Of a DNA stretch of 64,000 bases, positions 53,943-64,000 are shown in pieces. Position numbers and translations under genes: made by a program. This DNA is from Eledone cirrhosa (lineage: Eukaryota). Under the pieces are notes generated by a model. It made no database searches, was not told where the DNA came from, and saw only the letters and a program-made list of their open reading frames with translations. Each line of letters opens with the position of its first letter. The stretch's first letter is position 1. The DNA lies in NCBI GenBank assembly GCA_964016885.1, contig CAXHJY010000856.1, positions 62,001 through 126,000 of the forward strand, in the 5' to 3' direction.

Positions 53943-54113
53943 TAGTTTCTACTTTTGGCACAAGGCCAGCAATTATCCTGGTACTTTATTTTATCGACCC
54001 CGTAAGGATGAATGGTAAAGCTAACCTCGATGGGATTTGAACTCGGACCGTAAAGGGACATAACTATGTTGGAAAGCATGGTGTCCGACCCTCTACCGAT
54101 ACTGCCAATTCAC
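53943..54113 (-). mobile_element. short tRNA-like SINE, abutting another SINE remnant at ~53,635-53,942
   Basis: Reverse complement of the 39.6 and 42.1 kb copies. Confidence 0.8.
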
Positions 54114-54117
54114 CTTG

Positions 54118-54425
54118 ATATATATGTGTGTGTGTGTCTTCCCCACATACACACACATATATGCATACATACACACACACATATGCATACATACACACAC
54201 ACATATACATACACACACATATACATACACACACACATATACATACACATTCATACACACACACATACATACACACATATATACACACATACACACACAC
54301 GTATACATACATACACACATACATACACATATACATACACACATATATATATACATACACACACATATATATATATACATACATACACACATATATACAT
54401 ACACACACACACACACACATATATG
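54118..54425. repeat. compound (CA)/(TA) microsatellite
   Basis: Direct inspection; a similar tract at 54,805-54,955. Confidence 0.95.
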
Positions 54426-55100
54426 CATGTTGAATAATACATCATCGGTTAAGACCAAGGAAACAATGTTTCCATTTGTCTTTCCAGTGCTGATAATATC
54501 AGTCGGTCACAATTCTTGGCAGAATTATTACCACTTTTTAAATGACAGGTGGTGGGATTTCAATTCAGAACATACAGAGCTGGACATGATACTGAAAAGC
54601 ATCCAGTCAAGCTTTTTAACAATTCCATTATGTCAACCACTCCTTGGATTGGTACTTTATTTATGGACCTTCAAAGAATGAAAGGCAAAGTTAACCTCAG
54701 GGAGTCCAAAGACCCTAATCCGACACTAACAACTCTACCTATACATAGTGGGTTTTAATGAAACCATTGGTTAAATATCTTATCATTATGACAACAGAAG
54801 ACCATGCACACACACACACACACATATATATACACACACACACATATATACATACATATGCATACATGCTTATACTTACACACATATATATATATATACA
54901 CATATACACATACATACGCATACATACATGCAAACATATACATACATACACACACCTATGTATTGGTCTTTCATGAAAGCCAATGGTCAAGCATCTTACA
55001 GTTGGCTGCACTTGGCTGAACATTTGACTAATGGTTGTTGTTACTGTTGTCATGACAACAGGGGGAGTAGGGATATATATATATATAAAGATTTTCTTAA

Positions 55101-55521
55101 CCCTTTAGCATTTAAACCGGCAGCCGTATCCGGCCAGAATTCTCACCTCTTTCTGTTCAAACCAGCTGTAACTGGCCACTCATACTGATGTTAAGGTACT
55201 GTCCTCAAAATAAATAACATCAAAATCTCATAGATTTGATATCATGTGAGATAATTATGTGCGGTAAAGCCTTTACTGCAAAAATACAATAGTATATATA
55301 GAGTAATGTAAATGCTAAAGTGTTAAACGAGCCGTATCCGGCCAGAATTCTCACGTCTTTCTGTTCAAACCAGCTGTAACTGGCCAATCATACTGATGTT
55401 AAGGTATTGTCCTCAAAATAAATAACATCAAAATCTCATAGATTTGATATCATGGGAGATAATTATGTGAGGTAAAGCCTTTATCTCGAAAATACAATAG
55501 AGTAATGTAAATGGTAAAGGG
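55101..55521 (+). mobile_element. head-to-tail double piggyBac-type MITE
   Basis: Full copy 55,101-55,322 followed by a copy lacking the left TIR, ending GGTAAAGGG|TTAA. Confidence 0.85.
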
Positions 55522-55614
55522 TTAAACAGAAAAAAACCCATCCTTATGAAAAGATGTGAGGACAGTTGTATGAAATAAGATATGAGGTTATGGCACATTT
55601 ATTATAGATATAAT

Positions 55615-56832
55615 TGGTGTTGGTGATAATAGTAGTAGTAGTGAGTGGTTGCAGTGACAATGGTAATGGTGGTGGTGATGGTAATGGTGGTGGTGATAGT
55701 AGTGGTGACAACAATAAGGTGGTAGTAGTGATTGTGATGATGATGGTGGTGTTAGTTTTAATTGGTGATAGTAGTGATGATGATGGCAGTGATAGTAGTG
55801 GTGACAACGATAATAAAGGTAGTAGTAATGTTAACAATAGTGATTGTAGTGGTGATGATGATGGTGGTGGTGGTAGTGGTGCTGACAATAATGGTGATGA
55901 TGGAAGAGGTGATAGTAGTGATGACGGTAGTGGTGATAGTAATGTGATAGTAGTGGTGATAGTAATGGTGGCAGTGGTGATAGTAATGGTAGTGGTGAAG
56001 ATGATGAAAGAGGTGATAGTAGTGATGATGGTGATGATAATAATGGTAGTGGCGGTGATAGTAATAGTGATGGTAGTGGTGATAGTAATGATGATAGTGG
56101 TGAAGATGGCAATGGTAATAGTAGTGATGGTAGTGGTGATAGTAATGGTGGCGGTGGTGGAGATAGTAATGGTAATAGTAATGTGGTGGTGGAGATAGTG
56201 GTGGTGATAGTGGTGGTGGTAGTGGTGGTGGTAGTGGTGGTGGTAGTGGTGGTGATAGTGGTGGTGGTAGTGGTGGTGGTAGTGGTGGTGATAGTGGTGG
56301 TGGTGGTAGTGATAGTGGTGGTGGTGGTAGTGGTGGTGGTAGTGGTGGTGGCGGTAGTGGTGGTGGTAGTGGTGGTGATAGTGGTGGTGGTAGTGGTGGT
56401 GATAGTGGTGGTAGTCGTGGTGATAGTGGTGGTAGTCGTGGTGATAGTGGTGATAGTGGTGATAGTGGTGGTAGTGGTGGTGGTAGTGGTGGTAGTAGTG
56501 GTGGTAGTAGTGGTGATAGTGGTGGTGATAGTGGTGGTAGTGGTGGTGATAGTGGTGATAGTGGTGGTAGTAGTGGTGGTGATAGTGGTGGTGATAGTGG
56601 TGGTGGTAGTGGTGGTGGTAGTGGTGGTGATAGTGGTGGTGGTAGTGGTGGTGATAGTGGTGGTGGTAATGGTGGTGGTAGTAGTGGTGATAGTGGTGGT
56701 GGTAGTGGTGGTGGTGGTGGTGATAGTGGTGGTGGTGATAGTGGTGGTGGTAGTGGTGGTGATAGTGGTGATGATAGTGGTGGTGGTGGTGGTGGTGGTG
56801 GTAGTGGTGGTGATAGTGGTGGTGGTGGTAGT
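55615..56832. repeat. (GGT/AGT/GAT)n trinucleotide low-complexity tract
   Basis: Direct inspection; source of the poly-V and poly-T ORFs. Confidence 0.97.
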
Positions 56833-57082
56833 GTTTGTTGATGAAATCAACTCCAATACTAGACTGGTACTTTTATCATCAATCATGAAAAGATGAGACG
56901 AGGCAACATCAACATTGTCAGGATTTGAACTCAGAACATAAAATGCCGGAACAAATACATATTGGATGGTCAAGCCTGGGATTCTACCACAAAGAAAGAA
57001 ATATGAAAAGAGAAGTTTTATGGGAGAATAGAGTCAATTATAACAACCGAGGACATGGCTGCTACATATTTTATCAACACAG

Positions 57083-57415
57083 AAGCACATGGCTTAGTGG
57101 TTAGAGCATTGGGCTTGCAATGGAAAGGTTGTGAGTTCAATGCTCAGACCGGGTGATGTGTTGTTTCCTTGAGCAAGGCACTTTATTTCACATTGCTCCA
57201 GTTTACTCAGCTGTAGAAATGAGATGATAGGGACTAGGGTCCCTATCATTCCACCGCAAAGTAGTCGTGGAGGTGCCACGGCAAAAAAGCACCCAGCACT
57301 CACTGTAAATGAGGTTGGTGTTAGGAAGGACATCCAGCTGTAGAAATCAAGCCAGAATCAGTTCCCGTCCCACCCTTGCAAGCAGGGAAAAGCGGACGTA
57401 AAATGATGATGATGA
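57083..57415 (+). mobile_element. full-length tRNA-headed composite SINE with (TGA)n tail
   Basis: A box TGGCTTAGTGGTTAGAGC, B box GAGTTCAATGC, CORE-like CCTTGAGCAAGGCACTT, GTTAGGAAGGACATCCAGCTGTAGAAA, tail AAAATGATGATGATGA. Confidence 0.85.
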
Positions 57416-57459
57416 AGCAGAAGTTGTATGTTCTTCCCAAAAGTAATGCATTTGAATTG

Positions 57460-58262
57460 ACTATGGCCTTGCTCAGTATGTAGGAAAGGTGTAGGTAGGA
57501 ACTCCATTCTCTGCCCCAAATGCAAACAATGGGTACACAAGAGATGTAGCGGGATCTCAGGAAGCTTAATTAAGAATGTAGGCTTCACATGCAGCAGCTG
57601 TGCTGGGACAGCAAGCAGCAAACAGCCACAGGAAACAAGTACCACCAATCTCTGGGAGGGCTCTGTAGAAACAGTAGACAGCTTCTGCTACCTAGGTGAC
57701 CGAATTAGCAGCGGAGGTGGGTGTTCAGAAAGTACAATAACTAGGGTAAGAACGGGATGGAAGAAGTTTAGGGAACTACTACCACTGCTAGCTGCAAAAG
57801 ACTTCTCCCTCAAAATGAAAGGCAGACTATGATGCGTGTATCCGAACAGCGATGTTGCAAGGTAGTGAGACCTGGGCGCTGAAGGTGGAAGACTTACGTA
57901 GATTAGAGAGAAACGAAGCCTGCATGCTCCGATGGATGTGTAACAGTAATATACGCGAACGACAAAGCATCAATGAATTGAGAGAGAGACTGAGCATAAG
58001 AGGAATCAAATGCTGTGTGCAGGAGAGGCGGTTGCGCTGGTATGGACATGTGATGCGTATGAAGGATGACAGCTGCATAAAAAGATGCAGAGCACTAGAA
58101 GTCGATGGAAACCGCAGAGTGGGGAGACCCAAGATGACCTGGGATGAGGTGATAAAAGCCGACCTTACCCAATTACACCTCTCAAAGGCGATGACACACG
58201 ACCATGACCTCTGGCGTCACGCAGTAATACAGAGTACCCAACCTCCCATGGGTACAAGCTGA
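57460..58262 (+). pseudogene. RTE-clade LINE ORF C-terminal fragment with PHD-like Cys/His finger and one frameshift
   Basis: WPCSVCRKGVGRNSILCPKCKQWVHKRCSG..FTCSSC; VDSFCYLGDRISSGGG..RVRTGWKKFRELLPLL; frameshift at ~57,828; then GSETWAL..RRLRWYGHVMRM..GRPKMTW. Confidence 0.88.
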
Positions 58263-58282
58263 AGCATATAGACAATATGCCC

Positions 58283-58550
58283 CCACCGCAAGGTGGTCGT
58301 GGAGGTGCCATGGCAAAAAAGCACCCAGCCCACACTGTAAAGTGGACGTGTAGGCGCCACGAAAAAGCACCCAGCACTCACTGTAAATGAGGTTGGTGTT
58401 AGGAAGGGGCATCCAGCTGTAAAAATCAAGCCAAATCAGTTCCTGTATGAGCAAGGCATGGTCAGCCGACCAGACACTGCTCACAACAGGACAACCCGTC
58501 TAACCCATGCTAGCGTGGAAGAACGGACGTAAAATGGTGATGATGATGAT
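58283..58550 (+). mobile_element. SINE-like 3' module with (TGA)n tail directly after the LINE fragment
   Basis: Same AAAGCACCCAGCACTCACTGTAAATGAGGTTGGTGTTAGGAAG module as 57,250-57,415. Confidence 0.75.
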
Positions 58551-59215
58551 TATATAGAAGAGAGGAGAAATACAGCTGAGACATGGACCCACATATATTA
58601 CTGGTGTAGGTTTTATTATAGATGACATTGAGGGGAGGGAGTAATAAATGTTTACACCAATAAGAAATCTAAGATTTCACCAGAATCTAAACTATAATAA
58701 AGTAAGGAGTGAGGGACTGCGTCCAGAATATATTTTTTTTATCCCGTTTGTAAAATAAGTTGGATTACTTTGAATAAATAATGAATGAATATTACATAAT
58801 TTATCTACTAAATTTCGTTATTCTTGATTAAATATAAATAATTTTGTTGCTTATTTTTTAAGATTCACTTCTTTAAAATTTTCAAATGTCAACACTTCCG
58901 GTTAACGATCGCTTAAATAAACATTCATATATTTCCATCACTAATTTTCTCCTAATGCAGTTTATATATAATATCGCCTTTTCTTATTGTATCATGGATT
59001 ACGTTACTGATTACATTAGACAGTGTAACGCAGTTTCTGTGTATATTGCCAATTACGATTTTATTTGATATATCATATCTACATACATACTACACATGCT
59101 AGCAGAAAACGACCCTTCGGGTGGTTTTTCTGCTAGTATATATAACAGTGTACACACACATACATAGCCACTCTCTCTCTCTCACACACACAAACACAAA
59201 CACACACACACACAC

Positions 59216-59465
59216 ATCACAGAAAAAAAGAGAATATGTGTTGCGACGAATGGAATTTATTGAGTATATTACAATTGTTTCTCTGGCAGATTTTCCTAGG
59301 AAAATCTGCTTCATAGAAACAAGACGTATCTGAGGACCTTGCGATTTTCAGAGTCAGGTTTGATCATTACATCGATCATGCCTCGAGCTGGTCGCCAGAG
59401 AAATGATTGTAATATGTCCAATAAATTCCATTCGTCGCAACACTGATTCTCTTTTTTTCTGTGAT
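59216..59465. mobile_element. MITE-like element with ~72-bp terminal inverted repeats
   Basis: ATCACAGAAAAAAAGAGAAT..GTGTTGCGACGAATGGAATTTATTG versus CAATAAATTCCATTCGTCGCAACAC..ATTCTCTTTTTTTCTGTGAT. Confidence 0.75.
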
Positions 59466-59540
59466 ATCATACTCTGCTCTATGAGAGCATCAAGTGCTCA
59501 TACGGCCTACTGCATACGGATATTTTAAGCATCCAACACC

Positions 59541-59582
<42 letters not shown>

Positions 59583-59585
<3 letters not shown>

Positions 59586-59838
59586 ATATATTAATAAATG
59601 GAAACTATATTTATAAAACCATAATTATTTTATATATATTTCAAGGTCGACCAAGGTAAATTATGGTGCGCTTTCATCAGATAAAATACAGATTTGTTTT
59701 ATAAAACAATATTTATTTATAAAACAAAACTGTATTTTATCTGATGAAAGCGCACCATAATTTACCTTGATCGCCCTTGAAATATATATAAAATAATTAT
59801 GGTTTTATAAATATAGTTTCCATTTATTAATATATTGT
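59583..59838. repeat. long inverted repeat, 109-bp arms, each with a damaged hammerhead motif
   Basis: 59,583-59,691 versus 59,730-59,838 with about 2 mismatches; TATTTTATCTGATGAAAGCGCA...CTTGAAATATATATA. Confidence 0.92.
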
Positions 59839-59945
59839 ATATTTACTCCACTAACCTATTGAGTGCTTTATATCAGTTATAAAAAATGTTTAAGCTTGTT
59901 GAATCCCAACAAATTAAATATAACCTCTGCATATATATATATATA

Positions 59946-60473
59946 CTAGCAGATGTACCCGGCGTTGCTCGGGAAATGAATGACAGCCTGTTTGAAAATG
60001 AATAAAGAGAGCCAAAGGTTGAGCAAAGAATTGAAATGTAATTGTAAAAAAAAGTTTAACAAAATGGGTGTACAGTGACATGATTGAGTGAAATAAACGG
60101 CAACATAAAAACAATTCATGGGGTAGCTTGAGTTAATTGACGTGAATGATTTCAGGTCCGGCCTTGCTGTAGTAGGTATGAGTAAGGGGATAAAAATGGA
60201 ATAGACGCACCGTATGTCCTTCAGTAGACTAAACCCTACGCGTAAGATGGCGCTGCCACTACCACGTTGACCATCCACTGGACATACAAATATCATTCCT
60301 TGAAGCAAATCGGCCTAGTATTTGATTTTGTCCAAAACCTACTCTGGCATATAAGCAATGTGTGCCAAATTTGGTTGAAATCGGCCTAGTACTTCAAAAG
60401 TTAAAAGGAGCCTAGTATTTGTACAGACAGACAGACACACACACACAGACCAACTTGCTTTTATATATATAGA
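59946..60473 (-). mobile_element. non-autonomous Helitron-like element
   Basis: Minus strand A|TCTATATATATAAAAG ... CCCGAGCAACGCCGGG hairpin, TACATCTGCTAG|T: TC/CTAG termini inserted between A and T. Confidence 0.75.
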
Positions 60474-60604
60474 TATATATATCCAGGGAGGGTAACTTGG
60501 AATTACTGTAGGTTCACCCGGGTGAGCACTCAATGTTTAAGTTCACTTCAGTGTCGAGGTATAGAGCTATACAGAGTGTATTATAGTTAAATAAGATCTT
60601 GTTA

Positions 60605-60657
<53 letters not shown>

Positions 60658-60659
60658 CT

Positions 60660-60886
60660 ATTAGTGGTAGTGATGATTGTAATCCTAGTTGTGGTGGTGG
60701 TGTTGGTGTCAGTGATGATGGTAATAGTAGTAATGGCATAGGGGATGATGGTGGTGGGGATGGTGGTGTTAATAGTAGCTGTGATTATGATGGCAGTAGT
60801 TGTGAAGATGAAAGCAGTTATAGTTGTGACGGTGTTGGCAGTGGTGATGTTGATGATGGTGGTGTTAGCAATGATGGTGTTGGCAT

Positions 60887-60918
<32 letters not shown>

Positions 60919-61280
60919 GCATTGGCGATGATGATGGTGGTGGAAATGGTGGTGATGATAGCAGCTGTGATTGTGATGGCAGTAGTTGTGAAGATGAAAG
61001 CAGTTATAGTTGTGATGTTGGCAGTGGTGATGTTAATGATGGTGGTGTTAGCAATGATGGTGTTGGCATTGATGATGATGATGATGGCATTGGCAATGAT
61101 GGTGGTGGTGGTGGGGATGGTGGTGGTGATAGCAGCTGTGATTATGATGGCAGTAGTTGTGAAGATGAAGGCAGTTATAGTTGTGATGATGATGGTGGTG
61201 GTGTGGATGATGATGAGATGGTGTTGGCAATCATGATGGTGATGATAATATTAGTAGAGTGGTGTTGATAGTGGTGTTGG
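60660..61280. repeat. (GAT/GGT)n low-complexity tract with internal ~180-bp duplications
   Basis: GCTGTGATT.TGATGGCAGTAGTTGTGAAGATGAA.GCAGTTATAGTTGTGA occurs three times. Confidence 0.9.
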
Positions 61281-61524
61281 TAAAGTAAAACTCTATAATA
61301 TATCACAGTTAAGTTAGTGTTAACAAATTGCATGCAAGCAACAATAAAAAAAACCAACCACAAATAACTATGCAGTAAAACACCAGATATGTTAACAGTA
61401 ACTTAACTGTTTCTTTTTCATGCAGAGGGCATCTCAGATTTAGTTAGTTTCTAACGAATCCTAGAATTCTTATGCCAAACCAATGTATAATACTTCGGCA
61501 AATACAGTGAAGTCTACATTTTAC

Positions 61525-61576
61525 CTGTGAGGTCGCAATAAGATTGAAACATGTATAAGATTGTCTCCGACACTTG
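61525..61576 (-). CDS. candidate upstream small pecanex exon (52 nt, phase 0-1) QVSETILYMFQSYCDLT
   Basis: TAATTATTTCAG| acceptor and CAG|GTAAAA donor, open frame, phase fits the exon at 50,009. No homology support. Confidence 0.25.
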
Positions 61577-63436
61577 CTGAAATAATTAAAACTATATTTA
61601 AGAACCAGGGGTTAATGTATGTGAGAGAGAGTAGTTAAAAACTGTGTTTCGTTAGCATATTGTTTCAGGTTTAATCCTACACATTGACACCTTGGACAAG
61701 TGTCTTCTATTATAGCCTTGGTCTGAACAATGCCCTGGAGTAAGTAAATTTGGTAGACACAAACTGTGAAGAAGACATTTAGTTCATGATTAGCTCAGTT
61801 TTTACGAATGTAATTTTTATGAGTTTGGAATATGCTTTGTTTATTGCTGGCTTTATTATCAGAGTTCATTATTTACATATAGCGCATTCGATGGTTGCTC
61901 ACATTTGTTCTATATATGTAGTGTATATATGTGTAGCAGAAGTGTATGTATATTTAGGGTAGTTATCAAAGGTGAATAGACTGGTTGGAGCAGTAAGTGT
62001 TGTTTACGTATATATATATATATATATATATACATATACTACTCTATTACATGTTCCAGCTGACAGATTGAGGCCATGCTGGGGCACAGCCATTAAAAAA
62101 TAAGCCATTCCCATATATATACATTTAAAAACACACACACAAACTGCGACAACCAGTGCTAGCATAGAAAGCAAATGTAAAATGATGATGATATACAATA
62201 TATGTGTGTGTGTGACTCAAAAGGACAAGGACATATTTAATATATTTGTTGGTTAAGTATGAAGCACACTAGGCTACTTGCTGATCGTATGTTCAATCCC
62301 TACGTTAGCCTGCCTATATATCTCACTCACGAGTCGAGATTTGTCTCGATTTACCATTATCACTCCAAGATCCATTAAATTTCCTCCCGTGTCAGCACAC
62401 AGCATATCCAGATACATTGTTGCAGGACAACGTCTACTTCTATATATATTCTAGTCAAAATGGAACAAACAAGCTAACCAAATATATTTTTTAGAAAATG
62501 AAATTTACTGCTCACACCTATATAAGTTTAGCTGGCCTCCTACAAGATTGTATCTTATAGGTGGTTTCTAAAGTGTTTTGACAGGAGCCCCAGTCTAGTT
62601 AGGAAAAGGAACATGAAATGAAACATAAGAACACATTATGCCACCCAATCTAGGAACAAACCATACAAACTTATAATCGTGAATCCAACACCCTAACCAC
62701 TGTGCAATGTGCCTAAAAAAGTCTGTTCCAAGCCCAGAGGCTCACCACACAAGGCTCATCAGACAAGACTTGTTTCAACGGCGTTTACGCATCTGAGATT
62801 ACAACACTTCCCTCCTGGACATGATACCAGTCTATCATAGGGTTAACTTCCAGCTACTGTTGGCACTAATTTTTAACTGGCTTGACTAGAACAATGTAAA
62901 ATGAAGTGTTTTGTTGAAGAACAGTACAACACAGTCCAGGAATTGAACATGACACTATAGTTGTAAGTAACTAGTTAACTAATACGAAGACATCCTAGTC
63001 ATGGACAACAAAAAATAATCTGACACTCCTTGTGGTTTAAATAAAGAATTTGGTTTGAAATTCCAAAAACATTATCAAGTATCACAAGTACCTACAGAAT
63101 TGCTGGATGATACAACAGCTAAAACATTGTGATTGTAACAACCAACATGAGGATACTAGTCTGAATAAATAAGATTATAACATACATAAAATACACATGT
63201 GTATGTATGCATGTGCATGTTTGCATACACACAGACACCTATATGCCTACAACACCACTGGTACAAACATGTGCGATGTTTACTTGAACTGGCAGACTCA
63301 CTATCTGTACTAAACAATATCTACATACAGATATATCTATACACAAAATACACACATATATACAGGGTGTCCCAAAATATATATACACATTTCAACAGCA
63401 TTCTAATAAATATCTGTATACATTCTTTTGAAACAC

Positions 63437-63468
<32 letters not shown>

Positions 63469-63556
63469 ATGTAGGAGGTGAGTTTTATTGTAGCACAATA
63501 AAGCAATGTAAATATCGGATTAGTAGCACTCTACAGTTTATAGGACTGGAGTATGA

Positions 63557-63830
63557 ATAATATAAGATCAAAAGATGGTTAAAAGAGTTCCAAGTATTTT
63601 ATTATGCGCATTTCAAAAACAAATATCATCATGAGATGATATCTGCGTTTTCATCAGATAAAATAGGGATACATGATATGAAGGTTAAAAAACACTTGTG
63701 AATAGTGAAGTTTTAAATCAACATATGTTGATTTAAAACTTCACTATTCACAAGTGTTTTTTAACCTTTTTTGAAATGCGCATAATAAAATACTTGGAAC
63801 TCTTTTAACCATCTTTTGATCTTATATTAT
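63557..63830. repeat. nested palindrome: 63-bp outer arms plus an 88-bp perfect spacer-less inner palindrome (63,681-63,768)
   Basis: Outer arms 63,557-63,619 and 63,768-63,830; inner centre ...CAACAT|ATGTTG... Confidence 0.93.
63595..63665 (-). ncRNA. minimal type I hammerhead ribozyme of Penelope-element type
   Basis: UAUUUUAU-CUGAUGA-AAACGCAGAUAUCAUC(UCAU)GAUGAUAUUUGUUUUU-GAA-AUGCGCAU-A-AUAAAAUA: 8-bp stem I, 16-bp stem II (one mismatch), palindromic stem III, AUA triplet. Confidence 0.75.
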
Positions 63831-64000
63831 ATATATATATATATAGAAACACACACACACATACAATATATGTATGCATACATACAGGCACATATATACA
63901 CATACAGAATCCCTACCATCCCACTAGTACAAAAATCTGTAAGGTTTACCTGAACTGACAGATTCACTGTCTGTACTAAACAGCCAATCAAGCCCAACAA

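Noticed and set aside
55544-56973. Poly-T, poly-V and mucin-like ORFs
   Set aside because: These are translations of a trinucleotide microsatellite with no splice or homology support. The same applies to 60,745-61,236 and the HT/CV/ER-repeat ORFs at 50.0, 52.7 and 54.1 kb.
57083-57155. tRNA gene
   Set aside because: The A and B boxes run directly into a SINE body repeated elsewhere, and there is no acceptor stem.
57852-58262. Host protein-coding gene (136 aa)
   Set aside because: It is the C-terminus of an RTE retrotransposon ORF, frameshifted upstream and lacking the RT core.
63361-63440. Tc1/mariner-like mini-MITE (TACAGGGTGTCCCAAAA...TTTTGAAACACTATA)
   Set aside because: The inverted ends are too short and degenerate to call.

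Overview
AT-rich, repeat-dense animal DNA. The SINE and microsatellite landscape suggests an octopus or other coleoid cephalopod, but this is inference only. Bases 1 to ~35,150 are one continuous, strand-asymmetric 22-bp tandem array (consensus GAGATATTGGGAGGTAGTGTGT, roughly 1,600 units) with multi-kb higher-order structure. Eleven phase-consistent GT-AG exons on the minus strand (50,009 down to 35,730; 1,778 nt, ~592 aa) encode the middle of a Pecanex (PCNX/pcx) protein. Neither the N-terminus nor the C-terminal half of Pecanex is in the window, so both the array and 50-64 kb most likely lie in pecanex introns. Those introns contain a TTAA-flanked piggyBac-type MITE family (about 8 copies), several tRNA-derived SINE families, RTE-type LINE fragments, a Helitron-like element and long palindromes. 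There are two main leads. (1) The 22-nt unit aligns ungapped to mature let-7, so the pecanex-sense strand carries well over a thousand let-7 seed-match sites (CUACCUC). (2) Several Penelope-type minimal type I hammerhead ribozyme motifs lie on the pecanex-sense strand, and one at 63,595-63,665 is structurally complete. Most ORFs in the supplied track are repeat artefacts.
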